From the NCBI GenBank assembly GCA_965213705.1, contig OZ243913.1, positions 1,472,001-1,536,000 on the forward strand: 64,000 bases of DNA, read 5' to 3'. Shown piece by piece: positions 20,807-30,314 of this stretch; positions within the stretch are counted from its first letter, which is position 1, and each line of letters begins with the position of its first letter. Below the pieces are notes generated by a model. It was not told the DNA's origin, ran no database searches, and saw nothing but the letters and a program-made list of their open reading frames with translations. Both the position numbers and the translations under genes were made by a program. This stretch comes from Trueperaceae bacterium. Lineage in GTDB: Bacteria > Deinococcota > Deinococci > Deinococcales > Trueperaceae.

Positions 20807-21034
20807 GGTTAAGTCAAGTATAAACGGCCGGGTGCGAGCAGACCCGGCCGTTCTTTACAAGGGTTAGGCAGTCACAAAACTGTTAAATCGAGCAAAACCG
20901 TTCGTCGTTGCGGGCGAAGCGCGGCAATCTACGTTTGAAGTGTGCCGGCGTTGAAGTGGTGCAAGGTTACCCGACGTTTCCGCCCCCTCGCTGCGACAAA
21001 GACAACCGACTTCGGGCTTGCGCTGTCATAGGTC

Positions 21035-22138
21035 CTAGAACCCGTAGACTTCGTGCCGCTTGGCCGAGAGCTTTTTGTGGTAGCCGGTTTCTTCTAAGTA
21101 AGTATCGAACTGGTCGAAGTCCATCTGCTGTTTCTGGTCGGACAGGGCGACCGCCGGGTTGGGATGCAGTTCGACCATAACCCCGTCGGCCCCGACCGCG
21201 AGGCCCGCTTTGGTGAGTGGCACCAGCAGGTCGCGCCGACCGCCCGAGTGCGTCACGTCGACCAGCACCGGCAGGTGCGTTTCTTGTTTGGCGAGCGCGA
21301 CCGCCGAGACGTCCAGGGTGTTGCGCGTGTACTGTTCGAAGGTGCGGATGCCGCGCTCGCACAAGATGATGTTCGGGTTGCCCTCGCTCATCAGGTATTC
21401 CGCCGACATCACCCACTCTTCGATGGTGGAACTCAGGCCGCGTTTGAGCAGGACGGGCTTGCTCGTTTTGCCCACGGTTTTGAGCAGCGTGAAGTTTTGC
21501 GAGTTGCGCGCGCCGATTTGGAGCACGTCGACGTACTCCTTGAACAGTTCGATGTCGCTGCCGTCCATAATCTCGGCGACGAACGACAGACCGTGTTTGT
21601 CGCAAGCCTCCCTCGCCCAGACGAGCGCCTCCTCACCGTGCCCCTGAAACGAGTACGGGTTGCTGCGCGGTTTGAACGCGCCGCCGCGAAACAGCTTGAC
21701 GCCGTGACTTGCAATGTGGGCGGCCGTTACCTCGACTTGTTCTTTGGACTCCAGGGCGCACGGCCCCGCGACCAGCACGGGCGCGTGCTTGCCGCCGATG
21801 TCGGTGTCCCCGACGCGCACCACGGTGTCTTCCTGGCGCGTCGCCCGAGAGGTCAAAAATTTGGGCTTGTCCGCCTTTTTACCGACTTCCATGCTCGCTT
21901 GAAAAATGGCCTTGAACAAGCTTTTCAGCGCGCCGTTCTCAAAAGGCCCGGTGTTGGCGGCGGTGAGCGCGTCCAGCATCTCTTTTTCGCGCACCGGGTC
22001 GTACTGCGAACTGCCGTTGCTCGTTTGCAGCGCGCCGATTTCTTTGGCGAGTTTGGCGCGTTTGGAGAGCAGCTCGAGCAAGTCCAAGTTCAAGCTGTCG
22101 ATTTGTCGGCGAAGCTCCACGATTTTTGCGTCAGGCAT
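21035..22138 (-). CDS. aroF: Bifunctional chorismate mutase / DAHP synthase (class I beta)
   Basis: N-terminal CM domain (LRRQIDSLNL...DPVREKEML); AGPCALES, RGGAFKPR, QIGARN, ILCERGIRTFE. Confidence 0.95.
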   Translation of the reverse strand: MPDAKIVELRRQIDSLNLDLLELLSKRAKLAKEIGALQTSNGSSQYDPVREKEMLDALTAANTGPFENGALKSLFKAIFQASMEVGKKADKPKFLTSRATRQEDTVVRVGDTDIGGKHAPVLVAGPCALESKEQVEVTAAHIASHGVKLFRGGAFKPRSNPYSFQGHGEEALVWAREACDKHGLSFVAEIMDGSDIELFKEYVDVLQIGARNSQNFTLLKTVGKTSKPVLLKRGLSSTIEEWVMSAEYLMSEGNPNIILCERGIRTFEQYTRNTLDVSAVALAKQETHLPVLVDVTHSGGRRDLLVPLTKAGLAVGADGVMVELHPNPAVALSDQKQQMDFDQFDTYLEETGYHKKLSAKRHEVYGF

Positions 22139-22235
22139 AGTTCAGCCTTTCTGTAGACATACAGACACGTCGGGTTGTTTGGTTTCGGTGGGTGTTAGCG
22201 GGGTAAAAAAGGCGACACAAAAACGCACGTCAAAG

Positions 22236-22265
22236 CTAGCAATATCGTGTGAATCGAGAGTGCAT
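22236..22265 (-). promoter_or_regulatory. Putative attenuator leader peptide MHSRFTRYC upstream of DAHP synthase
   Basis: GAAAGG RBS, 9-codon ORF with Phe and Tyr, followed by a weak stem and T6 before the CDS. Confidence 0.45.
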
Positions 22266-22332
22266 GGTACGCCTTTCAAGTCTGCCCGTGAGCTGCGCGT
22301 GAGCTGCGTTGTCGGCAACGCTGTCAAACGCC

Positions 22333-23061
22333 TCAGGGCGAAGCTGGCTCCTCGCTAACAGGGATGCGCCGCTGCGACAAGCGTACAACAATAATGGTGA
22401 TTTCGTAAAGAATAAGCAGGGGAATGGCGACCAGCGCAAAGTTGACGGGGTCGGCCGTCGGGGTGATAACCGCCGCCAAGACCGCGCCGATAACGACGGC
22501 GTAACGTCTGTGTTGCACCAAAAACTTGGCGTAGACGATGCCCAAACGAGCTAACAAAAAGCCCAACACCGGCATCTCGAAAATCAAGCCAAACACCGCC
22601 ATAATCACGATAACTTTGGAAATATAGTCGCCGATGCTGAGCAGCGTAGTCACTTCTTCTTGCAAAAAGCCGACGATGATGGGCAGCGAAAAGGGCAAAA
22701 TGACGTAACGTCCAAAAATAACCCCCGAGACGAAAGCGAGGGCCGTCAGAAAGATAAAAGGTACCGCCCAACGGCGCTCCTCTTTGTACAAGCCGGGCGC
22801 GATAAACCCCCAGATTTGCCCGATGATGATAGGTAACGCCAAGACGACGCCCGCAAAAGCCGCGATTTGCATACTGACCAAAAACTGCTCGAGCAGTTGG
22901 GTCGAAACGACCGTCACTTCGGGGGCTCCGGCCAGCGGCTCTTTCAGCCAGTCCAAAAGCCGAAGTCGAAAAGCGTAGCTCACGCCCGCCCCGACCAACC
23001 AAGCACCCACCGCGATAAACAGCCGGGTCCTCAGCTCCTCGAAGTGTTCTATCAGGGTCAC
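22333..23061 (-). CDS. tatC: Twin-arginine translocase TatC
   Basis: MTLIEHFEELRTRL, WGFIAPGLYKEERR, FEMPV, AVITPTADP. Confidence 0.97.
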   Translation of the reverse strand: MTLIEHFEELRTRLFIAVGAWLVGAGVSYAFRLRLLDWLKEPLAGAPEVTVVSTQLLEQFLVSMQIAAFAGVVLALPIIIGQIWGFIAPGLYKEERRWAVPFIFLTALAFVSGVIFGRYVILPFSLPIIVGFLQEEVTTLLSIGDYISKVIVIMAVFGLIFEMPVLGFLLARLGIVYAKFLVQHRRYAVVIGAVLAAVITPTADPVNFALVAIPLLILYEITIIVVRLSQRRIPVSEEPASP

Positions 23062-23147
23062 GCTACGACGTCCTTTTTAAATAGCTAAGTCACGTACCGA
23101 CGACAAAGCCGACAGATAAAGCTCGGCTGTGACAAGCAGCTCGAGCG

Positions 23148-23450
23148 TTACGCGTTCGACTTTTCGCGCTCCAAGCGCACTTTTTCCTGCTCGGCGCGGA
23201 ACGCCTCTTGCTCGGCGCGGAGTTGGGCGCGCTCTTCTTCTAAGGTTTTGGCCGCGACCTTGTCTTTGTCGTCGTCTTTTTTGACCTCTTCTTCGAAGTC
23301 GTCTTTCATGTCGCGGATGCCTTTGCGAAACTCCCGAACCGACTGACCGATGCCTTTCGCCATGTCCGGTAAGCGGCGCGGCCCGAAGATGAGCAGCACG
23401 ACGATGAGGATGATGATGATTTCCGGTAAACCCAAGGGACCGATACGCAT
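23148..23450 (-). CDS. tatA: Twin-arginine translocase TatA
   Basis: GLPEIIIILIVVLLIFGPRRLPDMAKGIGQSVREFRKG. Confidence 0.95.
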   Translation of the reverse strand: MRIGPLGLPEIIIILIVVLLIFGPRRLPDMAKGIGQSVREFRKGIRDMKDDFEEEVKKDDDKDKVAAKTLEEERAQLRAEQEAFRAEQEKVRLEREKSNA

Positions 23451-23541
23451 GGTAAACCTCCAGTGAGGGCTAGTTTAGCACCTTGCTATGTGAAAAAGTG
23501 TTTGTTGAAGCTGGGTCTGAGAGCCGGGTTCAGCAAGTAAA

Positions 23542-23567
23542 AAGGGTAGGCGTTGCCACCTACCCTT
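23542..23567 (-). terminator. Intrinsic terminator after ferritin-like gene
   Basis: AAGGGTAGG...CCTACCCTT hairpin, T-run on the minus strand. Confidence 0.6.
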
Positions 23568-23579
23568 GTCGGTTACGAC

Positions 23580-24671
23580 TTAAAGGTTGTCGGGAAACGA
23601 GGGGTCGAGCAGGGCGGCCGTTTGCTCTGCAAGGCCGGCGGGAACGCTGAGGCCGTTGGGGAAGAAGCCACCCTTGCCAACCGAAGTGTCGTTGGTCAAC
23701 AAGACGATGTTGGCAACTTGGCGCGGGGTACGGCTTGGTACGATGCCTTTTTGGTTGCCGTTGTTGAACGTGGGAACGACGTTGGCACCACCGTGAGCTT
23801 GCGTTTTGAGGCCGAAGTTGGCTTCTGCAACGATGCCTTGGTCCACAGCGGCGTCGCCGCCACCCAAAGACTCGCGAGCGGCGGAGATTGCGCTGACAAT
23901 GGTCCAGGTGTCCAAGCCGCCGTAAATGTTTGCACGCCGTGTGTCCGCGCCGTAAAGGAAGGTGCGAACCTCGCCCGCGTGGTACGCCTCGACGGCGAGA
24001 ATCCCCGCAGCAGCCTCTAAGGTGTCGGGATTGGTGATGAACTTGGCCGCACCTTTGTACGCCGTCACGCCGACATCTTCAAAGATGAACGCGCCGTGTA
24101 AGAACAGGGCCTCGCTGAGAGGGCCGGTCGAGAGGGGTTCGAAGTTGTCGGGCGTAAAGCCTGCAGGCAGTCCTACGCTGGCAGGGTCGGCAATCAAATT
24201 GAACGCCGCCGCCGCCGCACCTTTGAAGGACGCGTTGAGGTCCAAGGTGGGCAGTTCGCCTGCGCTCGTGCCTAGCGCACTACGCAAAAAGTTGACGTGG
24301 TCGAGTTCGTCTTGCGCGATCTCGTTCGCGTATTCACCGACGGAAGACCTGGCGGCGTTCATTCCATCTGGGCTGGGAAACGGAAGGCCGACTTCCGGAT
24401 TGAAACCTGCAGGAACCAGAACCTTTTCTGGGGTGTAGCCCGGCAGCTCTCTAATACGGCCGACGGCAGCCAGGTAAAAAGCAGCTTCCAAGTATTCCAG
24501 GTTGAGGGCGAAGTTGAGAATGGCGGCGTCGTAGTCTGTAGCTTTGGGGTCGGGCTTTTGACCGATAGCGCCACCGCAAGCGGTGAGCACGGCACCCGCA
24601 CCCATCATACCCAAGTTGCCTAGCATTCTGCGGCGGTCGATTTTGCTGCTAAAAAGCTTTGTTGCGTCCAT
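23580..24671 (-). CDS. Ferritin-like desiccation-related protein (DRB0118/PCC13-62-like), Tat lipoprotein
   Basis: DRRRML...VLTAC signal; ILNFALNLEYLEAAFY, EIAQDELDHV, FIFEDVGVTAYKGAA, ILAVEAYHAG. Confidence 0.88.
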   Translation of the reverse strand: MDATKLFSSKIDRRRMLGNLGMMGAGAVLTACGGAIGQKPDPKATDYDAAILNFALNLEYLEAAFYLAAVGRIRELPGYTPEKVLVPAGFNPEVGLPFPSPDGMNAARSSVGEYANEIAQDELDHVNFLRSALGTSAGELPTLDLNASFKGAAAAAFNLIADPASVGLPAGFTPDNFEPLSTGPLSEALFLHGAFIFEDVGVTAYKGAAKFITNPDTLEAAAGILAVEAYHAGEVRTFLYGADTRRANIYGGLDTWTIVSAISAARESLGGGDAAVDQGIVAEANFGLKTQAHGGANVVPTFNNGNQKGIVPSRTPRQVANIVLLTNDTSVGKGGFFPNGLSVPAGLAEQTAALLDPSFPDNL

Positions 24672-25147
24672 TGATTTTTCCTCCTCTACTCGGCTTTCGG
24701 CCCATGTTCCGAGTAATATAGGTTTTGATGTTGGGCCTCCATCAAGCGCTTTACACGTTGGAGAGGGGTTTTGGATGTCGAAACCTGGTGTTGGAGACCT
24801 GATTTAGAGACCTAGTGTTGGAGACCTACGTCACCGGTCGGAACCCCAACCTGCAGACCCCCAAGGCTTGAAACCTCCTTTCGGAAAATTTTGTTATCTT
24901 TATAACAGTAAAACATCGTACGCGTCCAGATTATCGGTTCGGCCGCCGGGTACCTTGTGGAAAGCGTCACAGCGGGCTCGGCGTTCGGCGCAGGTTTGTT
25001 TCTCGGGTTTCACGTTCTCCTGACGATTTGGGAGTTTGCGAGCTACCCGAGTTTCGCCATCCCCGGTTCGTCTCTCACTTCATCTGTAGTAGAGAGGTAA
25101 GGTGAGGCGTCGTTTTGAAGACCCGGGATGGCCTTTGACAGCCGTTC

Positions 25148-25374
25148 TGAAACCGTTTTACAATCGCGTCACTGCCGAGTTGAATACAGTGGCGTTGCAA
25201 CGGCGTCCGGTTGGGTCATGATGACGGGGGTCGCTATGACGTGCGTAAACGGTTCGTTCGGTAGACGTTTGACAAGAGGCGGTGCCGAAGTGACGCCCCG
25301 ACGTTCGCCCCGGTAAAGGAGGTTGTAAAAGGCAGTCAAGGTGTAGCAAGCTCGAGGGTTGCAGAAACGCTTCA
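25148..25374 (+). promoter_or_regulatory. Candidate LacI-family operators upstream of sugar operon
   Basis: TGAAACCGTTTTA (25148), GTAAACGGTTCG (25245), AGAAACGCTTCA (25363). Confidence 0.4.
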
Positions 25375-25425
25375 GGACTCAACTAAGGGATTCAACCAAG
25401 GGACTTGACCAAGGGAGGACCACTC

Positions 25426-26880
25426 ATGAAAAACCTGCTGACTATTTTAGTCGCCGCGCTGCTTGCCGGAACTGCGGCGGCGCAGTTTGAAGGCGTCGAG
25501 GCCGACATCGTCACCTTTACCGGCCCGCAAATCGCCGAGCCGCTGCAACGCCGCGCGCCCGAGTTCGAGGCCATGACCGGCGCGAAAATCAACGTCATCA
25601 CCGTACCTTTTCCCGACCTTTACCAACAAATTCTCACCGACGTTTCGACCGGCAGCAACAGCTACGACGGCTTTGTCTTTGCGCCGCAGTGGATGGTGGA
25701 CTACATCGTCCCCGGTTACCTGGAAGACTTGAGCGAGCGCATCGACAACGACGCCGACATCCAGTGGAACGACGTGGGCGCGTTCTTCCGCGACTTTTCC
25801 TCGACTTATCAGGGTTCGACCTACACCATCCCGCTCGACGGCGACTTTCAGATGGTCTACTACCGCACCGACGTGTTGGGCGAACTCGGTATGGAGCCGC
25901 CCCAAACTTGGGACGATTATTTGGCAATCGCCGAGGCCGCCAACGGCATGGACATGAACGGCGACGGTGAAGGCGACTACGGCAGTTGCATCGGCAAGGC
26001 GCGCAACAACCAGGGTTACTGGTTCATCACCTCCATCGCCGCGCCGATGTTGCAGACGCAGGGCACCTCACAGGGCGCATTTTTCGACAACGAAACTCTG
26101 GAGCCGCTGGTCAACAACGCCGCTTTTGAAAGGGCGCTCGAGATTTACAAAGCCACCAACCAGTACGGCCCGCCCGACGAGTTGAACTTGGGCGTCGGCG
26201 ACACGCGCGGCCTGTGGACCGCCGGACGCTGCGCGCTGACCCTCGACTGGGGCGACATCGGCACGCTCGCCATCGAAGAAGGCTCGCAGGTCGCCGACAC
26301 CACGGGCGCGGTTATAAATCCCGGCTCGAGGATGGTCTTGGACCGCGCCACGGGCGAACTCGTCGAATGTACCGAAGACCTTTGCCCCTACGCTGTGGAC
26401 GGCGTCAACTACGCGCCCTTCGCCGCTTTCGGCGGCTGGTCGGGCGGCGTCAACGCTGCTGCCGACCCGCAGGTCAAAGACGCCCTCTACGCCTTTTTCA
26501 GCTACCTGAATCAACCCGCGCAGTCCAACGTGGACGTGACGAGGGGCATCACGGGCTTCAACCCCTACCGCACCTCGCAGTTCGAGAGCACGGACGCCTG
26601 GCTAGAGGCGGGCATGAGCGAAGAGTTCGCCCAAAACTACCTAGGCGCGATAGAGCAAAGCCTGAACAGCCCCAACATGGTGCTCGACCTGCGCATCCCC
26701 TTCAACCAGCGCTACCAACAAAACGTGCTCGACACGGCACTGGCGCAGTACTTGGCCGGTGAAATCGACGTGGAAGAAACGATGGAGCAGGTCTACGACG
26801 GCTGGCAAGAAATCACCGACGAACTCGGACGCGACACCCAAACCGCCGCTTACAACGGCACCCTGGGCGTAGAACGCTGA
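25426..26880 (+). CDS. Carbohydrate ABC transporter substrate-binding protein
   Basis: Signal peptide, GGAGG RBS, IPLDGDFQMVYYRTD. Confidence 0.92.
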   Translation: MKNLLTILVAALLAGTAAAQFEGVEADIVTFTGPQIAEPLQRRAPEFEAMTGAKINVITVPFPDLYQQILTDVSTGSNSYDGFVFAPQWMVDYIVPGYLEDLSERIDNDADIQWNDVGAFFRDFSSTYQGSTYTIPLDGDFQMVYYRTDVLGELGMEPPQTWDDYLAIAEAANGMDMNGDGEGDYGSCIGKARNNQGYWFITSIAAPMLQTQGTSQGAFFDNETLEPLVNNAAFERALEIYKATNQYGPPDELNLGVGDTRGLWTAGRCALTLDWGDIGTLAIEEGSQVADTTGAVINPGSRMVLDRATGELVECTEDLCPYAVDGVNYAPFAAFGGWSGGVNAAADPQVKDALYAFFSYLNQPAQSNVDVTRGITGFNPYRTSQFESTDAWLEAGMSEEFAQNYLGAIEQSLNSPNMVLDLRIPFNQRYQQNVLDTALAQYLAGEIDVEETMEQVYDGWQEITDELGRDTQTAAYNGTLGVER

Positions 26881-26894
26881 GGGCGAGACGTGCC

Positions 26895-26928
26895 GAGGGC
26901 TCGAGTAAGCTCGAGCCCTCTCTTTTTC
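26895..26928 (+). terminator. Hairpin/terminator after SBP, built from two CTCGAG sites
   Basis: GAGGGCTCGAG-TAAG-CTCGAGCCCTC followed by TCTTTTTT. Confidence 0.7.
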
Positions 26929-26949
26929 TAACCAACAGAGAGTATTCGA

Positions 26950-28095
26950 ATGGACAAACCCGTTCCCGACTCGAGGCAGACGACCGCCGACAAAATAAGC
27001 GGCAACCGTTTTACGGACTGGCTGAACCGCAGCGCGGGCAACGTGTTCGTCTTGCCGTCGGTCGTCATCGTTTTGCTGCTGTCTATTTTCCCGCTCATCG
27101 TTTCGGCCTACCTCGCCCTGACCCGTGTCAAGTTCGTGCCGGGCGGCTTCGACATCACCTTTGTGGGGCTTAAAAATTTCGACAAGCTCATCAACGGCAG
27201 CGAGAAGCGGCACTTCCGGGGAGACTTAGAAGCCCTCGCGCCGTACCAGTGGGTCGTCGTCGCAGTCGCCCTTCTGCTGCTCGCTTACGCGCTGTGGCGC
27301 TACTTGCGGAGTGGCAACGCCAAACCGGGCGGCGTCGTCTACCGCATCATTACCTTCAGCATCCTCGGTTGGGGCGTTTATTTCGTGATGCAAAACTTGA
27401 GCCCCGAGGGTCGGCCCGGCACTGTCGTCGTGACCCTCATTTACGTGTTCGTGGGGCTGTTTTTGCAATATTTTATCGGGCTGGGATTAGCGCTCCTGAC
27501 CACGCAGAATTTGCCCGGCAAGCGCTTGTTCCGGGTCATTTTTCTACTCCCGATGATGATTACGCCGGTGGGCATCGGCTACACCTTCCGCATGATGACG
27601 GACACGGGCAAGGGGCCGTTTCAACCCCTGTGGGCGCTGCTGGGGCTGCAAAACTTTTCCTGGGTCACCGACCCCTGGGGGGCGCGCTGGGCGGTCATCA
27701 TCACCGACACCTGGCAGTGGACGCCGTTTGTGTTTATCATCCTGCTGGCCGCCATCGAAGGCTTGCCGAACGAACTTTTCGAGGCGGCGCACGTCGACGG
27801 CGCGAGCAAGTGGCAAATTTTCTGGAACATCACCTTGCCGCAAATTATCCCGGTCAGCGCCACGGTGATTTTGATTCGGATGATTGAAGCTTTTAAGATT
27901 GTCGACTTGCCGAACATCCTCACCTTCGGCGGGCCGGGCACGGCGACGGAGTCGTTGACGCTGCACTCGTTTTTCGCCTGGCGCACGCTCGATGTGGGCG
28001 CGTCGGCGGCGGTTGCTTACATGCTGATGTTTTTGTCGCTGTTTGTGTGCATCACCTATGTGAACCTGGTTTATCAGAAGCTGGTGAGGTCGTGA
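26950..28095 (+). CDS. Carbohydrate ABC transporter permease
   Basis: DTWQWTPF, EAAHVDGASKWQIFWNITLP (EAA loop). Confidence 0.95.
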   Translation: MDKPVPDSRQTTADKISGNRFTDWLNRSAGNVFVLPSVVIVLLLSIFPLIVSAYLALTRVKFVPGGFDITFVGLKNFDKLINGSEKRHFRGDLEALAPYQWVVVAVALLLLAYALWRYLRSGNAKPGGVVYRIITFSILGWGVYFVMQNLSPEGRPGTVVVTLIYVFVGLFLQYFIGLGLALLTTQNLPGKRLFRVIFLLPMMITPVGIGYTFRMMTDTGKGPFQPLWALLGLQNFSWVTDPWGARWAVIITDTWQWTPFVFIILLAAIEGLPNELFEAAHVDGASKWQIFWNITLPQIIPVSATVILIRMIEAFKIVDLPNILTFGGPGTATESLTLHSFFAWRTLDVGASAAVAYMLMFLSLFVCITYVNLVYQKLVRS

Positions 28096-28114
28096 CGCTC
28101 GAGCGTGCGCGAAG

Positions 28115-28153
28115 ACCCCTCCGCCCTTCGGGCACCTCCCCTGAAAGGGGAGG
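28115..28153. repeat. Intergenic palindromic repeat unit (ACCCCTCCGCCCTTCGGGCACCTCCCCT..AGGGGAGG type)
   Basis: Two nested hairpins GCCC-TTCG-GGC and CCTCCCCT-GAA-AGGGGAGG between the permease genes. Confidence 0.6.
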
Positions 28154-28194
28154 GAGAGGCGTGGGGGCGAAGGTGGCTAGGTTCAGGGGCGATT

Positions 28195-29211
28195 ATGTTT
28201 AAGAGTAGAGGCCTCAACCGTCCTTCCGTCGCGGGCGCGATTCTCTCTTACGCGGTGTTGCTGTTTTGGGCCTTCGTCGTGCTGTTTCCGCTGTACTGGC
28301 TGGTGGTAACTTCGTTCAAGCTGCCGTTTCAGGTGAACGAGGGGCCGTTTTATGTTCCCTTTGTGGACTATCAACCTTCCGGGCACGCCTGGCGTTACGT
28401 GTTCGTGGACGTGTTCAGCGACATGGTGCGGCCTTATATAAACACGGTGGTGGTGGCGCTGGCGAGTTCGGTGCTGGCGCTGGTGTTCGGGGGTACGGCG
28501 GCGTACGGCCTGACGCGGTTTCGGTACCGGCCGCGCTTGGTGCTGGTTTTTTTGTTCATCGGACTGGTGGCGCTGGTGATGGTGGGCTCGGGGTTCGGTG
28601 CGCCGCTTCTCTTACTCCTCGCCGTCGCCGCCGCCATCTTTTTTCTGGCGCTCAGACCGCTTGCAAAACGCTTTCCAGCTTCGGCGGGCAACAACGACAT
28701 CGCTTTCTGGCTCATCTCGCAGCGCATTTTGCCGCCCGTGGCCGTGGTCATTCCCATTTACATCATGTTTCAGCAGGTGGGCTTGCTCGACACGAGAGCG
28801 GCCCTCATCATCACCTACATGGCGGTGAACTTGCCCATTGTCGTGTGGCTGATGCGGGACTACTTCGTGAGCATTCCCTTGGAGCTGGAGGAGTCCGCCC
28901 GAGTTGACGGCGCTTCGCCCTACCGCGTGTTCTGGTCCATCGTTTTGCCCCTCGCCACGCCGGGACTCGTCGCTACTTTCTTGTTCGTGCTGGTGTTCGC
29001 CTGGAACGAGTACCTGTTGTCGCTCTTTTTGTCCAAGGCCGACGCGCAAACGATGCCGCTGCTGGTTGCCGCACAAAACGCGACGCGCGGGCCGCAGTGG
29101 TGGTACATGAGCGTGTACATCCTCATCATGATTATTCCGGTGATTATCTTGGCGATTGTTTTGGAGCGTTACATCTCGCGCGGCTTGCTGGTCGGCGCGG
29201 TGAAGGGGTGA
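28195..29211 (+). CDS. Carbohydrate ABC transporter permease
   Basis: ELEESARVDGAS, AWNEYL. Confidence 0.95.
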   Translation: MFKSRGLNRPSVAGAILSYAVLLFWAFVVLFPLYWLVVTSFKLPFQVNEGPFYVPFVDYQPSGHAWRYVFVDVFSDMVRPYINTVVVALASSVLALVFGGTAAYGLTRFRYRPRLVLVFLFIGLVALVMVGSGFGAPLLLLLAVAAAIFFLALRPLAKRFPASAGNNDIAFWLISQRILPPVAVVIPIYIMFQQVGLLDTRAALIITYMAVNLPIVVWLMRDYFVSIPLELEESARVDGASPYRVFWSIVLPLATPGLVATFLFVLVFAWNEYLLSLFLSKADAQTMPLLVAAQNATRGPQWWYMSVYILIMIIPVIILAIVLERYISRGLLVGAVKG

Positions 29212-29213
29212 GG

Positions 29214-30314
29214 GTGAAGGAAACCGTCGTTCATCTCCGGCCGGAAATCTTCGGGGAGCGGGAGCGCGTGTTGCTCGAGCACCCTTCCTTCACCGCCTCG
29301 ACCTTTCGCTATGACAGCGGCGTGGCGGCGCTGCGGCTCGAGAATGAATCCGGCGACATCGTCATGCTGCCGTTTCAAGGCCAGCAAATCTGGTCGGCAC
29401 GTTTCGGCGGGCGCGAGTTGACAATGAAGAGCATGTTCGAGGAGCCGAGGGAGACGGGTGACTATCTGCAGACCTACGGCGGCTTCCTCATCCACTGCGG
29501 CGTCACGGCGATGGGCGTGCCGGGCGCGGGCGACACGCATCCCTTGCACGGCGAGTTGCCTAACGCGCCCTACGGGCAAGCTTACCTGTTTCTCGGTACG
29601 GACGAGCGCGGGGCGTATTTGGGCCTCGGCGGGCGTTACCGGCACACGGCCGCCTTCAGCAGCAACTATGTGGCTGAGCCTCGAGTCAAACTCTACGCGA
29701 ACAGCAGTCTCATCTCGGCCTCCCTCAGCGTCACCAACTTCAAATCCACGCCGATGGAACTGATGTATTTGGCGCACATCAACTTTCGGCCGGTTGACAA
29801 TGGGCGGCTCGTCTACAGCGCCAAAACCGACCCCGAGCACGTGCGCGTCAGAAAAAGTATTCCCTCGCACGTGACGCCCGCACCGGGCTACGCCGAGTTT
29901 TTAGAAGAATTGTCGCAACATCCTGAAAAACATCACGTCTTAACACCCGGCCTCGCCTTCGACCCCGAGGTGGTGTTTTTCATCGACTATTCGACCGACG
30001 AAGACGGCTGGGCTCACACCCTGCAGCTTCACCCGGACGGCGCGGCCGACTACGTGCGCCACCGGCGCGAACAGTTGGACACGGGCGTGCGCTGGATTTG
30101 TAGAACGCCCGACCAGGACGCGCTCGGCATGATAGACCCGGCCACCGCCGAGCCGGAGGGCTACAGCGCCGAAAAGGCCAAGGGCAATCTGAAAACAGTG
30201 CCGCCCGGAGGCGTTTGGCGTTGCGAGTACGACATGGGCGCGCTGAGTGCGCTCGAGGCCGAAAAAATAACCCAGCACATCGAGCACATCACCGAAGGAG
30301 AAACCCGTGGCTGA
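29214..30314 (+). CDS. Aldose 1-epimerase-like protein (DUF4432/YphB-type)
   Basis: [26 protein letters not shown]. Confidence 0.85.
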   Translation: MKETVVHLRPEIFGERERVLLEHPSFTASTFRYDSGVAALRLENESGDIVMLPFQGQQIWSARFGGRELTMKSMFEEPRETGDYLQTYGGFLIHCGVTAMGVPGAGDTHPLHGELPNAPYGQAYLFLGTDERGAYLGLGGRYRHTAAFSSNYVAEPRVKLYANSSLISASLSVTNFKSTPMELMYLAHINFRPVDNGRLVYSAKTDPEHVRVRKSIPSHVTPAPGYAEFLEELSQHPEKHHVLTPGLAFDPEVVFFIDYSTDEDGWAHTLQLHPDGAADYVRHRREQLDTGVRWICRTPDQDALGMIDPATAEPEGYSAEKAKGNLKTVPPGGVWRCEYDMGALSALEAEKITQHIEHITEGETRG

